Assembly (NCBI RefSeq): GCF_902713615.1
Contig: NC_052159.1
Coordinates: 130,964,432 to 131,028,431, forward strand
Direction: 5' to 3'
DNA length: 64,000 bases
Source of the DNA: Scyliorhinus canicula
Lineage: Eukaryota
Position 1 is the stretch's first letter. Each line of letters begins with the position of its first letter. Below the pieces are notes generated by a model. The model saw only the letters and a program-made list of their open reading frames with translations. It had not been told where the DNA came from and did not search any database. Shown here one piece after another: positions 1 through 12,978 of the stretch. The position numbers and the translations under genes are program-made.

Positions 1-177
1 TCCACCTAACCCGCACATCTTTGGACTGTGGGAGGAACCCGGAGCACCCGGAGGAAACCCACGCACACACGGGGAGGACGTGCAGACTCCGCACAGACAG
101 TGACCCAGCCGGGAACTGAACCTGGGACCCTGGAGCTGTGAAGCATTTATGCTAACCACCATGCTACTGTGCAGCCC
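1..177 (-). mobile_element. HE1-type V-SINE (5' part; runs off window edge)
   Basis: Reverse complement gives a tRNA-like head (GGGC..GTAGCATGGTGGTTAGC..GGTTCAGTTCC) followed by the V-domain GGGTTTCCTCCGGGTGCTCCGG; many near-identical copies in the window. Confidence 0.9.
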
Positions 178-449
178 TCTACTTGCAAGGAATTTGTTAT
201 CTCAGTCACATGAAGGTTTCCCGCCTCTTACTTGACTGGGTGCTCCTCTGTTAACAGATTTTAAACTGCCCCCACTCCTCTCCCCCACCCCATCGCATGG
301 TCTTGGCAGGCTGTTAATCCTTCAACTCCATTTCACTTTTTGCTGATTAGTTTCTCCATGATTGGGTTTCCAAGGCTTTCTGGGAGACGATCCAGGGTGA
401 ATTCAGCTCCCACGCATTTTGAACCTTGAATGCAACATAAGTGATTATC

Positions 450-2237
450 AAAGTATCAAGCTATTCGGAAGGACAGAGTGGATGGTAAGGGAGGTGGTGT
501 AGCTCTGTTATTTAAGGATGACATCCGGGCAATAGTAAGGGATGACATCAGTGCTCTGGAGGATAAGGTTGAATCCATTTGGGTGGAAATCAGGAATAGT
601 AAGGCGAAAAAGTCACTGATAGGAGTAATCTACAGGCCACCAAATTGTAACATTATGGTGGGGCAGGCAATAAACAAAGAAATAACTGATGCATGTAGAA
701 ATGGTACAGCAGTTATCATGCGGGATTTTAATCTACATGTCGATTGGTTTAGCCAGGTCGGTCAAGGCAGCCTTGAGGAGGAGTTTATAGAATATATCCG
801 TGATAGTTTCCTCGAACAGTATGTAATGGAACCTACGAGGGAACAAGCGGTCCTAGATCTTGTCCTGTATAATGAGACAGGATTGATTCATGATCTCATC
901 GTTAGGGATCCTCTCGGAAGGAGAGATCACAATATGGTGGAATTTAAAATACAGATGGAGGGTGAGAAGGTAAAATCAAACACTAGTGTTTTGTGTTTAA
1001 ACAAAGGAGATTACAATGGGATGATAGAAGACCTAGCTAATGTAGACTGGGAGCAAAGACTTTATGGTGGAACAGATGAGGAACAGTGGAGAACCTTCCA
1101 AGCGATTTTATACCAACAAAAAGGAAGGATGGTAGAAAGAGGGAAAATCGGCCGTGGATATCTAAGGAAATAAGGGAGAGTATCAAATTGAAGGAAAAAG
1201 CATACAAAGTGGCAAAGATTGGTGGGAGACTAGATGACTGGAAAATCTTTAAGGGGCAACAGAAAGCTACTAAAAAAGCTATAAAGAAGAGTAAGATAGA
1301 TTATGAGAGTAAACTTGCTCAGAATATAAAAACAGATAGTAAACGTTTCTACAAATATATAAAATAAAATAGAGTGGCTAAGGTAAATATTGGTCCTTTA
1401 GTGGATGAGAAGGGAGTTTTAATAATGGGAGATGAGGAAATGGCTGAGGAACTGAACAGGATTTTTGGGTCGGTCTTCACAGTGGAAGACACAAATAACA
1501 TGCCAGTGACTGACAGAAATGAGGCTATGACAGGTGAGGACCTTGAGAGGATTGTTATCACTAAGGAGGTAGTGATGGGCAAGCTAATAGGGCTAAAGGT
1601 AGACAAGTCTCCCGGCCCTGATGGAATGCATCCCAGAGTGCTAAAAGAGATGGCTAGGGAAATTGCAAATGCAGTAGTGATGATTTACCAAAATTCACTA
1701 GACTCTGAGGTGGTCCCGGTAGATTGGAAATTAGAAAACGTGACACCACTGTTTAAAAAAGGAGGTAGGCAGAGAGCGGGTAATTATAGGCCAGTGAGCT
1801 TAACTTCAGTAGTAGGGAAGATGCTGGAATCTATCATCAAGGAAGAAATAGCGAGGCATCTGGATAGAAATTGTCCCATTGGGCAGGTGCAGCATGGATT
1901 CATAAAGGGCAGGTCATGCCTAACTAATTTGGTGGAATTTTTTGAGGACATTACCAGTGCAGTAGATAACGGGGAGCTAATGGATGTGGTATATCTGGAT
2001 TTCCAGAAATCCTTTGACAAGGTGCCACACAAAAGGTTTCTGCATAAGATAAAGATGCATGGCATTAAGGGTAAAGTAGTAGCATGGATAGGGGATTGGT
2101 TAATTAATAGAAAGCAAAGAGTGGGGATTAATGGGTGTTTCTCTGGTTGGCAATCAGTCGCTAGTGGTGTCCCTCAGGGATCAGTGTTGGGCCCACAATT
2201 GTTCACAATTTACATAGATGATTTGGAGTTGGGGACC
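450..2237 (+). mobile_element. CR1-clade LINE (HER1-like) ORF2 fragment: APE endonuclease and N-terminal RT, disrupted and truncated at both ends
   Basis: Motifs GGGVAL, GVIYRPP, RDFN, LDLVL, DHNMV (endonuclease); [42 protein letters not shown] (RT). Frameshift near 1105, stop at 1367; homology ends after YIDDLELGT. Confidence 0.95.
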
Positions 2238-3214
2238 TTTTGCAAAAAGGAAAAGCAAATCAATACATCGAATGAAAGTAATGACAATGATTCTCAATCT
2301 CCTTTTATGAAAGTTCAGTGGAGTCTAGTACATATATTCAACTTATTTAAGATTGTACCACAACTGTTGTTTGAGAGTAAGATGTTGAATATCACATATT
2401 TGTAGCTCCAGTGAAGATGAAGTTTTAAGTGCGATGACTATTTTACTAGATAACATAATACAACAGTGGCAGTACCTCCAATTGGATAACTAAGAACTGG
2501 AGAGCCCCAAGGGTTGCCTTGGGCGTCTGTTGTTAATAATAGTTATTAATCAACTTTGCTAAAATTACAGAGCAAGTCTGATGAATGACAAACATTGAAT
2601 AAGAAAGGATAAGGTTAAGAGGAAAATACAACAATGATGGCGGCAATCCCAGGCTTGGACATTGTTCATGAGAAACTGCGCTTGGCTGGAAAGCATCTTT
2701 TTATTCATGATTTGCCGAGTTGTCCTCCCTGGGATTTCTCTACACTTTGCCAATCAAGAGCCACAGGAAATAAAATACCCTTATTCTAATTCAGTATTCA
2801 GGTAAATGCTTGCAAATTACAAAATGTATATTGATGCTGGAGAAAGCAAACATAATTGTAAAATGATGGCGGTAATTATAATTTTCAAACAGCGAGAGTG
2901 TGTGTAACATACATTAATCATTGACCTGAAACAAATGCCTATGGAATGGAGTAAAGGGAGTGAAATTAATAATAGGAATTGTCTTTTTCTTATACATCTG
3001 CCAAATCATCAGGGGGCTTTCTTTGAGAAGCGGATAGCTGATGAACAAATGCTTAGAAATGTAAATACTGATCGTGTTGTTTGTTATTAGTATACGACCA
3101 TCCCATTCAAAGCTCCATTTTTGTTGTTCACAGATTTAATGTGGGCAATCTAACTCAGTTTATAACAATTTAATAAGGCAACATTACTTGATCAATTCCA
3201 ATCTGAAAACTTTT

Positions 3215-3381
3215 AATAGTAATAATCTTTTATTGTCACAAGTATGAAGTTACTGTGAAAAACTCCAAGTCACCACATTCCGGTGCCTGTTCAGGTAAGC
3301 TTGTGCAGGAGTTGAACTCACGCTGCTGGCCTTGTTCTGCATCACAAACCAGCTGTCTAGCCCACTGAGTTAAACCAGCCC
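3215..3381 (-). mobile_element. Short tRNA-head SINE with TGTGGCGAC..TTGTGACAATAAA tail
   Basis: Reverse-complement match to the + strand copy at 53102-53278; ends in ATT repeats. Confidence 0.8.
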
Positions 3382-3394
3382 TTATAATGTAAAC

Positions 3395-3500
3395 GCAGCT
3401 CCAAAAGCTAGTGACTCCCAACAAACCTGTTGGACTTTAACTTGGTGTTGTAAGGTTTCTTACTGTGCCCACCTCAGTCCAAAGCCGGCATCTCCACCTC
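3395..3500 (+). mobile_element. Penelope-like element terminal fragment
   Basis: AAACCTGTTGGACTTTAAC..GGTGTTGT..CCGGCATCTCCAC resembles vertebrate Penelope-type terminal repeats (recalled similarity only). Confidence 0.55.
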
Positions 3501-3722
3501 TTGAACTATAAAGGCAGGGACGTCGCAGGCCAAACAAAATTCCACAAAGATAATTGAAGTCTGGAATTGAAATTCCATCCAAATTGGTGAGCGGTGTGTA
3601 CGGAGCTGTGTCTCAGAAAGAAAAGAGGATGGAAATAAATGTGATGGGTGATGGTATTATTGAATTAATAAATAAAATGAGAATTTGATCTCTCCATCAT
3701 ATACCAAATGTAGATGATAGAA

Positions 3723-4030
3723 TGTGTTTAGCACTGCTGCCTCACAACACCAGGGACCCGGGTTTGATTCCGACCTCGGGTGACTGGCTGTGTGCAGTTT
3801 GCACGTCCTCCCCGTGTCTGCGTGGGTTTCCTCCGGGTGCTCCGGTTTCCTCCCACATTCCAAAGATTTGCAGGTTAGGTGGAATGGCCAGAATAAATTC
3901 CCCCCTTGTCCAAAAGGTTAGGTACAGTTATGGGGATAGGGTGGGGAGTGGGCCTACATTAGGGTGCAATGTCGGAGGAAAAGTTCAGACTCGATGGGCC
4001 GAACGGCCTCCTTCTGCACTGTAGGGATTC
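3723..4030 (+). mobile_element. HE1-type V-SINE
   Basis: Head, V-domain and CR1-type tail GATGGGCCGAACGGCCTCCTTCTG. Confidence 0.9.
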
Positions 4031-4594
4031 TTTGGGAATAGAGAATTATGCCAAGATTGCCTACTTGAAACTGGAGCATACCATTTCGGCACAGAAACAA
4101 AAGATGAATTAAGCTGGATATCGGAAATAATATCAAAAAACGCAGGAAACACACAGCAGGTCTGTGAGCAATTACCTTTTGTTGGGGGCATGTATTTGAA
4201 TTGTCACTTGTCACCTAGCTTGCAATGTAGCATGCAATCAGTTTTGCAAAAATAGTTTGTCTAAACTGTAGCATGGTCACCCCTTGAGAATTTTCACTCA
4301 TTCAGCCAGATCCTGTCTGATTGGTCTCTGAATTCCATTTATCTGCCTTTGATCCATATCTCTTGAAATAGCTGATATAAATTTGTTTGCACAGTCTTAA
4401 AAATTTCAATTGATCAAGAATGAAGTGAATAGTTTCACTGTCCTTTAAGTAAAATGGCTACTTCCCAGATTCTCTCCACAGTGAGCCCCTGCACTTATTT
4501 TAAAATTGTAAACCCCCCACCTTCCAGATTCCCCTACCCCCCCCCCCCCCCCCCCCTGCCATATTTGTGTTCACGTTTTGTAACAGGAAGGTAA

Positions 4595-4760
4595 AGAAGA
4601 CTTACATTCATGTAACGCTTCTCATGGTCATCATGGCCATCAAGTGCTTCACCGCCAATGAAGTTATATTAAAGAATCGGAATCATTGCTGTAATGTAGG
4701 AGACAGAGCAGTCAATATACATACAGAAAACTCCCACAAAGAGAAATGTAATAATGAGCA
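4595..4760 (-). mobile_element. Deu-domain SINE 3' fragment
   Basis: Decayed reverse-complement similarity to the Deu-SINE 3' region (compare 6200-6315). Confidence 0.5.
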
Positions 4761-4839
4761 CACATACCTTACAAGGGCTGCTGGAAGTGGTAAAGTAGTA
4801 AGTAAATCTTTTTGACAAGATTCAGGAGTTTCCATCAAT

Positions 4840-5835
4840 AATAATAACATAATAATCTTTATTGTCACAAGTAGGCATACATTAACAATGCAATGAAGTT
4901 ACTGTGAAAAGCTCCTAGTCACCACATTCCGGCGCCTGTTCTGGTACAGAGAGGGAGAATTCAGTATGTCCAATTCGTCTAACAAGCATGGGCAGGATTC
5001 TCCGCGAACTGGCGAGGCGGACAACTCCGGCGCGAAGGAGTGGTGTGAACCACTCTGGCGTCAGGCCGTCCTCCGCACCTTCAGGGGCAAGGCCAGCGCC
5101 GGAGTGGTTTGCGCCACGCCGGCCGGCGCGGAAGGGGCTCGGCACCACGCCAAACGCCGCCAAAGGGCCTCCGCTGGCCGGCGCGAGTTGGCTCATGCGC
5201 GGGAGCACCAGCGTGTCCTGGCGTCATCCCAACCCTATGCGCAGGCCATCTCCGTGTCGCCCATTGCGGACTGTTACAGTGGCTGATGCGGAGGAATAGA
5301 GTGCCCCCATGGCACAGGCCTGCCCGCGGATCGGTGGGCTCCGATCGCAGGCCAGGCCACCGTGGGGGCACCTCCCGGAGCCAGATTCCCCCGAGGACCC
5401 CGGAGGCCGCCCGCGGAGCCAGGTCCCGCCGGAAGGTACCTGTTGTAATTTACACCGGCGGGACTGGCCGTAAACGGGTGGCCACTTGGCCCATCGCAGG
5501 CCGGAGAATCGCCGGGGGGGCCTCTGCTGGCGGCCGCTGACCAGTGCGGTGCGATTCCCGCACCCGCCAAATCCCTGGCGCCGGAGAATTCGGCAGCCGA
5601 CGGAGTCGGGATTCACGCCGACCCCGGCGATTCTCCGACCTGGCGGAGGGTCGAAGAATCCCGCCCCATGTCTTTCGGGACTTGCGGGAGGAAACCGGAG
5701 CAAACGGAGGAATCCCACGCAGGCACGGGGAGAACGTGCAGACTCCACACAGACAGGAGACCCAAGCCGGGAATCGAACCCGGGACCCTGGAGCTGTGAT
5801 GCAACTGTGCTAACCACTATGCTATCGTGCTGCCC
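4840..5835 (-). mobile_element. V-SINE with alternative (non-CR1) tail, split by a MITE
   Basis: Tail 4840-4989, V-domain and head 5667-5835; uninterrupted relative at 35690-35985. Confidence 0.85.
4990..5666. mobile_element. Harbinger-type MITE
   Basis: TIRs GGGCAGGATTCTCCG / CGAAGAATCCCGCCC; 3-bp TSD CAT on both sides. Confidence 0.9.
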
Positions 5836-5939
5836 TACCAGCGATCAGGTTAGTGATTGCTTTGAAAAACCACGAGAGCCACCACAAAGTGCCGTCACGC
5901 CAGTATGAGGGCATTGATGTTCTAATTTTTCCACCAACT

Positions 5940-6315
5940 TAATTGGCAGTGTTTTTGCCTCTTGATCTCAAGGTTCTGGCCTCAAGTCCCATTCCAGGAC
6001 TTGAGTACAAAACTCAAGACTGGCATTCAAGTCCGGTATTGAAGGAATGCCACATTGTTGGAGATCCATCTTCAGATGAGATATCAAACTGTGGCCCTGT
6101 CTAGTCTCTAAAGTGGATGCATAAAACACTCAGAAATAATTTGAAGAAAAACAGGGAGGGATTATCTCCATTTTCTAAGCCAATATTTTTCTCTTGATCA
6201 ACAACTCAAAAACAGATGACCTTACAACAGTGCCTGCACTTTCATTGGATGTTCTAGGCATTCCACGATATCCTGTCGTCCTGAAAGGCACTATATAAAT
6301 GCAAACCTTTCCTTT
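5940..6315 (+). mobile_element. Deu-domain SINE (SacSINE1/AmnSINE1-like), old copy
   Basis: tRNA-like head, Deu-like core (CTTCAGATGAGATATCAAAC..GCCAATATT) and tail GAAAGGCACTATATAAATGCAA; recalled similarity. Confidence 0.65.
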
Positions 6316-6832
6316 GTTAAAAAAAGGTGTCCAATCAAGGTTTAGGAATGGAAGAAACTCCAGTGACTTTGCTATGGCTGCCAGGGCACAGCGTCCGAAC
6401 CTTTTGCAAGAAAGAATGAACATGGTTGCTACTCCTAGATGTGAAAATGGCTTTTGACAGTTTTTTACACGCTGAACTGTAATAAAACATTTTCCCGTTC
6501 AAAATATCCAGTGAGCAAACTCCAGTGTAAACGCTGGGCTAAAATTGTTTAATTGTGGAGGCAGATTGCATTGTGCAGGCTCATATTCTCAGGTGCATAG
6601 TGGAGTAAGGGGTGATCGAGTTAAAATGATTGAAGGCATTGATTGTCTAGGATGTCCAGAACAAGGAGGAACTACTTTAAAACTAGAGACTGGACAGTTA
6701 GTGGGCGATTTCAGGGAAGTAATGGAAATCTAAAATTCTCTCACCAAAAAACAGTTGAGGTTCAGCTCTTAGGACATTTCAAAACTGAGAATGATAGGTT
6801 GTTGTTTCGATTAGGGTATTAACATGTCTTCC

Positions 6833-8382
6833 TACGGTGCAGAAGGAGGCTACTCGGCCCATCAAGTCTGCACTGACCCTCCGAAAGTGTACTCTACCTA
6901 GGCCCACTCTCCTGCCCTATGCCCATTGTGGTGAATCATAATAGCATAATTCACACTGTTATCACACATGTTGTACCATGCCTCTGTAAGCTCGGCACAC
7001 GAGTAGTTGCGCGGCTCTGCCCCTAGGGGGAGGTGTACTGGGAATGTATGGAAGTTTGTACTGTGCTCCACCCTTGGCTCCGCCCATGACTCCCCCCCCC
7101 CACTGGTTGTATAAAGCTTGGCAGTCGGAGCCTGCCTGCCAGTTCATCTAGAGTTCATCTCATCACAGGCAGGCTCTGTTGAAAGACGATTAAAACCACT
7201 GTTCACTTCTAACCACGTGTCGCATGAATTGCTGGTCTCATCAATTTAATCGTCTTAAGAAACAGTAAGGAATGACTATGGAATCAGCCCTCAAGCCTGA
7301 TTGACTGGAACTCGACCCACAGGATGCAGAGGCGAAATAAATCTTTTCACATTGGCTCCGATGTTTCAAGGCCTACCTGGCTGAAGCAAGCACCCCAGAA
7401 ACGATGGAGGAGCAGAAACTCAGCCTGCTGCACGCAAGGGTAAGCCATCGTATATCTACGATGGCCGTCAGGACACCGTATCCCTCCGGGACCTAGAGCC
7501 TGCAGGATCAAACCCCATCACTACCACCGCCGAGATACCCCTCACACTACATCCCACCCAACTCGCAGCGTCCCACGCCCCCGCGCCTACCAGTTCGCTA
7601 CACATGTTCCGCGCACCCACACCTGCAAGCCCCCAGTCGAACTAGACGGGTATGAAGCTCGGACAGAATCACCCCCGGAGTCCGCCATCGTACCCCAACC
7701 GACCGTGATCATCCAGCCACCAGAAGAGACTGCAACCCCGGTTCTCCGCCGATCACAATGGACAACTCGACCACCGGACAGGCTCAATCTGTAAACCGTT
7801 ACCCCCGCCAGACTTGATTTTTTTACAGGGGGTGAATGTGGTGAATCATAATAGCATAGTTCACACTGTTATTACACATGTTGTACCATGCCTCCGTAAG
7901 CTCGGCACATGAGCAGTTGCACGGCTCTGCCCCTAGGGGGAGGTGCACTGGGAATGTACGTAAGTTTGTACTGGGCTGCACCCTTGGCTCCGCCCATGAC
8001 TCCTCCTCCCCCACAGGTTGTATAAAGCTTGGCAGTCGGAGCCTGCCTGCCAGTTCATCTAGAGTTCATCTCGTCACAGTTGTAAGACGATTAAAACCAC
8101 TGTTCACTTCTAACCACGTGTTGTGTGAATTGATGGCCTCATCACCCATAACCTTGGGCATCCACCGACACACCTTTGGACACTGAGGGGCAATTTAGCA
8201 TGGTCAATCCACCGAGCGTGCATACTTTGGACTCTGGAAAGTAACTGGAGCTCATAGACGAAACCCACACAGCCACAGGGAGAAAGTGCAAACTCCACAC
8301 AGACAGTCACCCAAGGCCGGAATTGAACCCTGGTCCCTGGTGCTGTGATGCAGCAGTGCTAACCATTGTGCCACCATGCCGT
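6833..8382 (-). mobile_element. HE1-type SINE split by an LTR element and itself inserted in a decayed CR1 3' end (about 6560-8500)
   Basis: Tail at 6833-6926 and body/head at 8145-8382. Confidence 0.8.
6927..8144 (+). mobile_element. Internally deleted Gypsy-type LTR retrotransposon (LTRs 6927-7243 and 7837-8144)
   Basis: TG..CA direct repeats, 5-bp TSD CCCAT, TATAAA and ATTAAA inside the LTR, PPT AGGGGGTGAA, and a decayed gag start (MESALKPD*LELDPQ..) fused to a 3' region. Confidence 0.92.
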
Positions 8383-8921
8383 ATTAAGGGTATGAAGCCA
8401 AGATTGGTAGATACTGATCATCCACAATCTTACAGCAGGGGGGCTGAATGCAGAACAAGAATGAGGGGCTGAATGGCCTATCCCTATTCCTGGGCTTCTT
8501 TGAGCCGGGTTGGACAGGTATTGTAATTCCTGACAGAAAACAAAATTAGTGTCACAATGGGCACAGCAATTTCAGTTCTGCTGATTGGAATGAATTTCCC
8601 GAGGCTCTATTTTGAGCCCACTCCTGTTCCTCATCTATGTTAATGACTTTCTGACATCAGATCGAAGTAATGGAGCCTGCTGTGAATTTGTTAATGGCCT
8701 TATCATTGGAGTGCTGTCCATGAATTCAGAGAAAGAGTAAAAATTGACAGCAGTGCCTGCGTGATTTGGAAGAATGGGCAGGCAAATGGTGAATTCGACT
8801 GCACGCCAGCAAATCAGTGTGAATGACTCTCCACAAAATGAAACAAGCGGAGGAAGAGATTAATGAGCTGCTATCAATACCAATCAAAAGCAACAGGGAG
8901 TAGAGGTTCCTGGCCATCACT

Positions 8922-9460
8922 TGTCAGGGGATATAATTTGGACACAAAATATTAACAAAATCATTGCCAAGGCATCAGCCAGAATGTGCCAATGAGGAAA
9001 TGAATAAATGAATGTGATAAAATTAGAATTATTAGTTAAGATAGGATAGATAGTAGGGCCGGTCCGATGGTAGTGAGCTCACAGACAAAGGACAAAGAGA
9101 TTTAGCAGAAGCCTGTTTGAAACCATCGGGGGAGGGTGGCCACATGGTGAGCATGGTGAAAAGGATGCTGAGGTTACAATGCAAAGTGACCAATTAGGAT
9201 ATAGGGCCAGGTCAGGAGTTGTATAGAATGACCAATGGGAAGCTTTCTGTGACTCTTACTGTGAGTTTGAATACATCAGCAGAAACCCTTTTGTCTTCTG
9301 TCTCACTTACTGTGGAACTCACAGGAGGCGGCTGTGTGTCCTGGAGTTCTCCCAGTAGGCCAGCCTTGCAAGTTAGTTATTATTAAATGATACTATACCA
9401 ACAAATCCATCTCTCATTTTATTGAGCCAGACTACCGGGTGAAGAATTTAACTATCAACA
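8922..9460 (+). mobile_element. Probable solo LTR
   Basis: Starts TG, has CCAAT boxes and ATTAAA, ends near ..CA; TSD not clear. Confidence 0.4.
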
Positions 9461-9563
9461 CCAATAGTTAGTTCCCTGTAGATACAGAAATTTCTTCAGA
9501 CTGTAGAAAGCCTTTGGCCCGTATATTCCAAGCTCCAGGGCAATACATCGGGCAGGTGTGGGT

Positions 9564-9601
<38 letters not shown>

Positions 9602-9769
9602 GCAAATGCCTGTGAAGTTTAAATTTTCAATGGGCAATTGCACCGGGAACCATCCGAAATGAAGTTTTAAATCGCAAACTTTGGATAGTTTCAACTGTCA
9701 TACAGCAATAGTTAGTCACTCAGCAGAAACTAGAAGTAAACTTACTTCTAGATTCTGGGGACTGTTGCA

Positions 9770-10250
9770 CTACCTCTCCACCCCTCTCCCCCCCACATAC
9801 CTCATGGAACCCCCAACAATACCCCACCCTCAAACTGCACATCCCCTCATAGGCACCCTCCCACCACAATACCCACTCACATGCAACCCCCACCCCCCTC
9901 TCGCAAACCCCTTCCTCCAGCACCAACCCTCATTGAACCCCCGACAATCATCCACCCCACACTACACTCAACCCCATCGACACTCCTCACCCCAATACCC
10001 ACTCACATCCACCCCCTCTCCCCAACACCCCCCCGACCCTCCACAAGACCAAAGACTACCCGCCACCACCCTCAGTACCCCATAGGACCTCCTCCCACAA
10101 TCCAACAGCCCCCCCCCCCCAACCCCGAACACAACCCCCAAAACTAGCCGACAACCCCACCACCTTCACACGCCCATGAACCACAACACCACCACCCCGC
10201 CAGCACAATCCCCGGACAAGACCATTCCCCAGAACCCCCCCTCCCCATCA
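9770..10250. repeat. C/A-rich low-complexity tract, preceded by a near-pure poly-G run at about 9560-9600
   Basis: Composition seen directly. Confidence 0.8.
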
Positions 10251-10717
10251 AAAGGATTGTGAGGTAAGAAACTATGAGTGGTGCGGCAATCTGATTCTGC
10301 CCTAATTTTGGAACTTCGCCATCCAGTCTAATGCATTGCAAGTTGGACATCGTTTAAGAGGTAACAATCTGTAATTAAGCGAAGGGTAGCATATCATCTC
10401 GCATCAGATAGGTCTGAGCTATCTGCTCAGTCTATTTGCACAGCTTCTGTGCACTGTAATCAATACAAAAGGCTGCGTGTGCTCTGACAGAGATGGCTGC
10501 ACAAAGTAAGAACTAAGCCCGCCACCACCAATGCTAATCGAGGAAAAGGAGTAGAGACTGCAATGCATGTTTGCAATCCTGCACTGTATGTGGGCCCACT
10601 GTGCGCATCAGGCTTTGGTAAGATCCAGTCACAAAGAGGATTTTGTCACAATACCCAATGGAAGGATGGAAGAAAAATTCACACGTTGATCAGAATAGAC
10701 ATTATTCCAAAGCATCC

Positions 10718-10935
10718 GGGGCGGTATGGTGGCCCAGTGGTTAGCACTGCTGCCTATGCCGCTGTGGACCCGGGTTCGATCCCGGCCCTGGGTCACTGTC
10801 CGTGCGGAGTTTGCACATTCTCTGCGTGGGTCTCACCCCCAGAACCCAAAGATGTGCAGGTAGGTGGATTGGCCATGCAAAATTGCCCCTTATTTGGAAA
10901 AATAATAATTGGGTATTCTAAATTATTATTTTAAA
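10718..10935 (+). mobile_element. V-SINE with short AATTGGGTA(C/T)TCTAAA tail
   Basis: HE1-like head; flanked by a duplication of ATTATTCCAAAGCATC (10701 and about 10938), a probable TSD. Confidence 0.85.
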
Positions 10936-12978
10936 AAATTATTCCAAAGCATCTGATGTACAAAACATGTGAAGTTAACTCTGATCTACCTTTAACAAAA
11001 TTCCAGTATCAATGATTAACTTTTAGGTAAGAATTTTCCAGCATTGTTTATTATTTTCAGAAGCCAGTTTTGTGAGGAAATTTGGTATCTGGGTTTGCCG
11101 CATCATTAAATTGTGTTTAAGTTTCTCCTCCTCCTGTTGAGAAGCGGCAAGGCGGGCACTTCAAATTGCCACAGTTATTTAATCTCTTGGAAAGCCTCCA
11201 GGAGCACATCATTATGCCTGCCCAGATCTGGTGCCTCCCAGACTGTAATTGCTACAAAGGTTGGGCAAAAGAATATTGCACACTGATGCATGGACGTGGG
11301 TTACAAAATGCTGTGTCTTAAAGAAGCCTTTACAGTCTTCAGCAGGTTAACTGTAAGTCTTTATTAACCAATAGAACTGTTTGCAAATGTACGATAAAGG
11401 GTTCAGATGAGGAGCTATCTCCATATTCAGGTCTTTGGACAACTCTGCTAAACATCATACTGACCCCTTAGTCTGGATCATGTGCCTTCTTACAGTCACT
11501 GTGTGGGTGGCACTGTACTGGTCCCACATTCACCCTCTGCATGCCAGACCCTTCTACCACTGACACCAGCTGCAGTTAAGCAGTTTTATATCGTATTATT
11601 TCTTTTACTTCTCCAATACGTTGGCCGGAAGACAGAAACGTCCTTCACTGATTGTCCACTGGAGCTCCAGAGAGTAGGTGGCAGACAGAACCAAAACCTC
11701 ATTAAAAGGTGAGGGTCACTCCACTGGGAAACAGTTGCGTTTTGGTGAAGGCCTCTCTGAAGCATGCTGAATGTGCTTCAAGAGCACTGCTCAAACACTG
11801 CAGCTGTACTATGACAAGGATCCTTCAATTACATCAAAGTAAGCCGAGTATGGGGATTTTCTGAATTTAAGCAGCACAAATACTTTGTGGAGTGAATTAT
11901 AGCATGTCAGCCGAATAGTTCACGTTGCAGGCTAAGGTGAGCTGGCATCAACGTGACATGAACAGAGCATTGCATTGAGCCCTATCTGTCCTATTGGAAG
12001 ATAGAAACAGATTGAAAGTAGCAAAATAAGGGCCTTGACATAATTATTTCTCGAATATGCTGGAATGAACCAGAGATTAATTTGATAACAAAAGGTATGA
12101 TCCCAACTTTTGCAACTTCAAGAAGTTTGAATAAATAAATGATGTTTGCTTGATGCAACTAAAACAGTTAAGAGGATCAATAAGTTCCTCTTCATTTGTA
12201 TTCAGAATTTATTTGATCATTAGTGGTTTTAATATAATGGAGAAAGGTCCTAGTTTCTAACGAGATACCACTATCTTGGATCAGAATTGCGCATCCCGTC
12301 TATGTTAAGTAGTGTAATGAAACATACAAAGGTTTCTTTTATATCTCTGAATGTGTGTGTAATGAGTTCCAATTCTTCCTTGATCAATTGTAGTTTAGAT
12401 TCTTATATGGTTATCTGCAACCTATAGCTTCATTTCTTTTGCTTGGAAGTGATCAGGGCCACAGAACCAGCTTAATGCACACAGAAAATCGGAAAACATT
12501 AGAACTGATTAAATACCTTGACCTCTTAAAAATACAGAAGTTATAAATATCCATCCATTCTTCATTCATTGGATCAGGAACTGTTTAAGCTTATTGAATG
12601 AGCAGCAAGTGGAGGGGGCAGGAAACATCATTTTCCATGTTTGCTCTGTAATTAAATAAGCTTGGCAACATTCTATGTACATTAGAAAACTATTGGTGGG
12701 CTGTTTGTCATGATTTCTTAATCTTTGTGATAGCTATTACAATCAACTAGGCACTGGCCACCGAAGACAGGATCAGTCACACTCTAACATGTGGATTCTT
12801 AATTCAAGGATGTTTCCGCATCTACAGACAAGTCTTCATTGTAGAGGTAGACAGGCGGACATAGGATTCCGACTGGTAATGTACAGAAGTCACAGGGCGT
12901 GTTACATCATATCCTTTACATTGAAACAGAGTCACATGTCTAAAAGGTGTATCACAACATCCCCTTTATTTCCAAATA

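Noticed and set aside
2238-2405. C-terminal extension of the 343-aa RT ORF
   Set aside because: Read-through into flanking DNA after the LINE truncation point.
4915-5908. Many overlapping ORFs in GC-rich MITEs (also about 18.4-19, 24.4-25.2, 28.2-28.8, 31.4-32, 37.2-38.1, 45.2-46 and 59.2-59.8 kb)
   Set aside because: Open in several frames because of high GC; no domain similarity; bounded by TIRs.
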